From: Gemmatimonadota bacterium
GTDB taxonomy: Bacteria > Latescibacterota > UBA2968 > UBA8231
Length of the DNA stretch: 46,322 bases
Assembly: GCA_038153405.1 (NCBI GenBank)
Contig: JAYOYH010000006.1
Coordinates: 1,472 to 47,793 of the forward strand
Direction of reading: 5' to 3'
Positions 44,035 through 46,322 of this stretch are shown here, piece by piece; position 1 is the first letter of the stretch; each line of letters opens with the position of its first letter. The translations under genes were made by a program, and so were the position numbers. The notes under the pieces were generated by a model. That model saw only the letters and a program-made list of their open reading frames with translations. It made no database searches and was not told the origin of the DNA.

Positions 44035-45399
44035 TTACGCTGCCAATAGACCTTCCACTTCGTTGCATAGCTTCCGCGCTTCCGCGTCGCTTGTCGCTTC
44101 CGCTATAATGCGCACAACCGGTTCGGTATTCGACGCGCGCAGGTGCACCCATGGGCATTCGAGCTGTCCGTTGATATAGAGCTTGGATCCGTCCTTGACC
44201 GGGTGTAGATAGGCCTGCGGATAGCGCGTCAGCATAGCGTCTAAGGCGCGCTCCAACTGTTGCTGACTGCTCTGCGCTTTGCGCTTTTCAATGGCGTAGT
44301 GCGGCAGCGTGGACAGCCGCTCTTCCAGTGATTGACCGCTGCGCGCCATCGCCTCCAAGACTAGGGCGATGCCAACGGCTGCATCGCGGCCTGGGTCGAT
44401 TGCGGTCAGCACGACGCCGCCGTTTCCCTCGCCGCCGATAATCGCACCTTTCTCGATCATCTTTTCCACCACGTGCACCTCGCCTACCGGAGTTAGGTAT
44501 ACGGGGCAGTTGTTGGCCTGTGCCGCGTCGCTGACGGCTTGGGACGTGGATAGCGTGGTGACGACGGGGCCCGACAGGCGCGCAGTAACCGCCTGCACAG
44601 CCAGCGCCAGCGTGCTGTCCTCGCCCACGGCTTCGCCCGATGAATCGACCAGCGTAACGCGGTCGGCATCTGGATCGATGGCAAAGCCCAGCGCGCTGTG
44701 CGTTGTGCACACGGCTGCGCCCAGTTGCACCAAGTTGGCGGGAATGGGTTCCGGCTCATGGGCAAAATGGCCGTTTGGTTCGCCGTTGATAAAGTGCGCT
44801 TCGACGGCGAGAGCTTCTAGTAGGTTGGGCAAAAGGAGGCCGCCCGTTCCGTTGCAGGGATCGACGGCGACCTTGATGTTGGCTCGCCGTATGGCATCGA
44901 CATCAATGTGGGACAGGATGCGATCGAGGTGAGCTTTCTCTGCGTCGGCAAACTCAATCAACTCGATTGCGCCGCCCGGCCGCTGGCGAAAACGGCCGCT
45001 GCGATAGAGGGCTTCTACGCGGGCGGCCTGTTTGGCGTTGAGAAAAATACCGTCGTCGCGAACGAGCTTGAGGCCGTTCCACGGCGCTGGGTTATGGCTA
45101 GCGGTAATAATGACGGCACCCTGTGCGCCCAGCGTGCAAACCATCAGTTTTGCCGTGGGTGTGGGGCACGCTCCGAGGTCGTAGACCCTGCAACCGGCCG
45201 CGCAGAGCGCGCGGGCGGCGCTGCGCGCAAACTCGACGCCCGAAGGCCGGGTATCGCGGGCCAGGACGACCGCAGCACCTGGCGGCAGAGACGACGCAAA
45301 GGCCGAAGAGAAATCGGCCACGACGCGATCCGTGAGAGAGCGGCCGACTAGACCGCGTATGCCGGATATGCTGATGATGAGCGGAGCGTCTTCGGACAT
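44035..45399 (-). CDS. Alpha-D-phosphohexomutase (phosphoglucosamine mutase/PMM-like)
   Basis: SISGIRG, ARDTRPSG, ITASHNP, DPDADR, GGEGNGG, LRASNTEPVVR. Confidence 0.94.
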   Translation of the reverse strand: MSEDAPLIISISGIRGLVGRSLTDRVVADFSSAFASSLPPGAAVVLARDTRPSGVEFARSAARALCAAGCRVYDLGACPTPTAKLMVCTLGAQGAVIITASHNPAPWNGLKLVRDDGIFLNAKQAARVEALYRSGRFRQRPGGAIELIEFADAEKAHLDRILSHIDVDAIRRANIKVAVDPCNGTGGLLLPNLLEALAVEAHFINGEPNGHFAHEPEPIPANLVQLGAAVCTTHSALGFAIDPDADRVTLVDSSGEAVGEDSTLALAVQAVTARLSGPVVTTLSTSQAVSDAAQANNCPVYLTPVGEVHVVEKMIEKGAIIGGEGNGGVVLTAIDPGRDAAVGIALVLEAMARSGQSLEERLSTLPHYAIEKRKAQSSQQQLERALDAMLTRYPQAYLHPVKDGSKLYINGQLECPWVHLRASNTEPVVRIIAEATSDAEARKLCNEVEGLLAA

Positions 45400-45415
45400 A
45401 GCGTTTTGCGAGATG

Positions 45416-46210
45416 CTAGGTGGGTTGTTGGGCTTCTATGTAGATGGGGGCACCGCGTTCGACGCCCAGTTGGCGTGCGGCATTTCCACCGTTAACGGAA
45501 ATCTCTACTAGTTCGGCACTGCCGACCAAAGCTACCGGTTGGCCGGGTGCTGCATCAGTATAGGTCGTCTTGAAATCGCGCAGCGGCGGTGCGCTGCCGA
45601 CGCGTATGTACGGCGCATGGGCAAAGGGCGCTATATCTGCACGGGTGATATTGCTGACGAGATTGCCAAAGCGATCTACGTGAATAATTCGCCCTTCGAT
45701 GCCGTTCGAGTTTACGCTATGCGTCGTTGAATCGAGGTATATGGGATCGGTAATAGGGTCGCCCAGGACCGATAGAGGCACGCTATTGGCCAACTGAGCT
45801 GCTGCGGGGGCAAAGAGGTCGCGGCCGTGAAACGTAGCGCTCTGCCGCCCGCTGCTAAGGCGGGCAGAGTCAATGGCATAGATAGGACCCGTTGCCTCCT
45901 GCAGGGCAAAGCTAAGGAGCCCGTTGTCGGGGCCGATCCATAGATAGCCTTGGCTGGCAAAGGCCAGCGCGCGGCGTGCGCTGCCAACGCCCGGATCTAC
46001 GATGGCGCAGTGAATGGTTGCAGGAGGGAATTCGCGTGCAGCATAGTGCAGAACAAAGGAGCCCCCTAGTATGTCCTGTGCGCCGATGTCGTGGCTTATA
46101 TCGATGATGCATGCGGTGGGCGCGCGGTGTAGAATAACGCCCTTCATCGCGCCTACATAGTAGTCGCGCAGGCCAAAATCGCTCGTCAGTGTGACGAGGG
46201 GAACCGCCAA
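45416..46210 (-). CDS. SAM hydroxide adenosyltransferase/chlorinase-fluorinase family (DUF62)
   Basis: TLTSDFG, YVGAMKGVI, VDPGVGSAR, GPDNG, TFHGRDLFAP, DRFGN. GGAGG RBS then TTG 46210. Confidence 0.94.
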   Translation of the reverse strand: MAVPLVTLTSDFGLRDYYVGAMKGVILHRAPTACIIDISHDIGAQDILGGSFVLHYAAREFPPATIHCAIVDPGVGSARRALAFASQGYLWIGPDNGLLSFALQEATGPIYAIDSARLSSGRQSATFHGRDLFAPAAAQLANSVPLSVLGDPITDPIYLDSTTHSVNSNGIEGRIIHVDRFGNLVSNITRADIAPFAHAPYIRVGSAPPLRDFKTTYTDAAPGQPVALVGSAELVEISVNGGNAARQLGVERGAPIYIEAQQPT

Positions 46211-46211
46211 G

Positions 46212-46322
46212 TTAGCCTCCTGTGTCAGAGGCTTCTGCATCGTCTGCAGTATCCGTGCCCGCGTCGGTCCCGTTATCCGCTCCGGTATCCGTGCCCGCGT
46301 CGGTCCCGTTATCCGCTCCGGT
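46212..46322 (-). CDS. 3' end of an upstream CDS with an acidic T/G/D/A low-complexity repeat tail (partial)
   Basis: Open frame TGADNGTDAGTD-TGADNGTDAGTD-TADDAEASDTGG*, with TAA at 46214-46212. Confidence 0.65.
   Translation of the reverse strand, partial: TGADNGTDAGTDTGADNGTDAGTDTADDAEASDTGG
46249..46322. repeat. Perfect 36-bp tandem repeat (2 copies plus the start of a third)
   Basis: GTATCCGTGCCCGCGTCGGTCCCGTTATCCGCTCCG at 46249-46284 and 46285-46320; no spacer. Confidence 0.95.

Noticed and set aside
45416..46210. True fluorinase/chlorinase
   Set aside because: The DPGVGSAR and TFHGRD motifs carry the Asp-Arg-His set typical of the common SAM hydrolase branch, and there is no halometabolite cluster.
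46249..46322. CRISPR array (36-bp repeat)
   Set aside because: Repeats are head-to-tail with no spacers, are a multiple of 3 within an open frame, and no cas genes are present.

Overview
GC-rich bacterial chromosomal window, densely coded, with no rRNA, tRNA, CRISPR array, transposase or phage gene that I can recognise. The gene mix (CehA/McbA hydrolase, C45 peptidase, ASH-repeat protein, orphan Xdh subunit) is reminiscent of FCB-associated candidate phyla such as Latescibacterota; that is an impression only. Left to right: tandem AcrB-family RND pumps plus TetR; a decayed HDOD gene; a SLOG-like protein; two MazG-family genes; a regulatory cluster (RpoD-like sigma paralog, an unannotated 39-aa membrane peptide, orphan ParA, sensor-less sigma-54 activator) carrying sigma-28-like promoter motifs; a long envelope operon (LytR_C, rsfS, mtnA, SPOR, mltD, mreD, mrdA, rodA, TPR) without mreBC; a six-ASH-domain surface protein; small-molecule enzymes; an archaeal/Dim1-like rsmA; cyaB, zapA and a fliL-like gene; a phosphohexomutase; a SAM hydrolase; and a coding 36-bp tandem repeat at the window end. 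The best novelty candidates are (1) a ~120-nt structured RNA at 26701-26821 (minus strand) with its own promoter, nested stems, a possible H-type pseudoknot and a U-tail, (2) a stand-alone 152-aa D1-only mini-flagellin, and (3) the sigma-28-like promoter/sigma/peptide/ParA/bEBP cluster. All calls come from reading motifs by eye; no database search was run.
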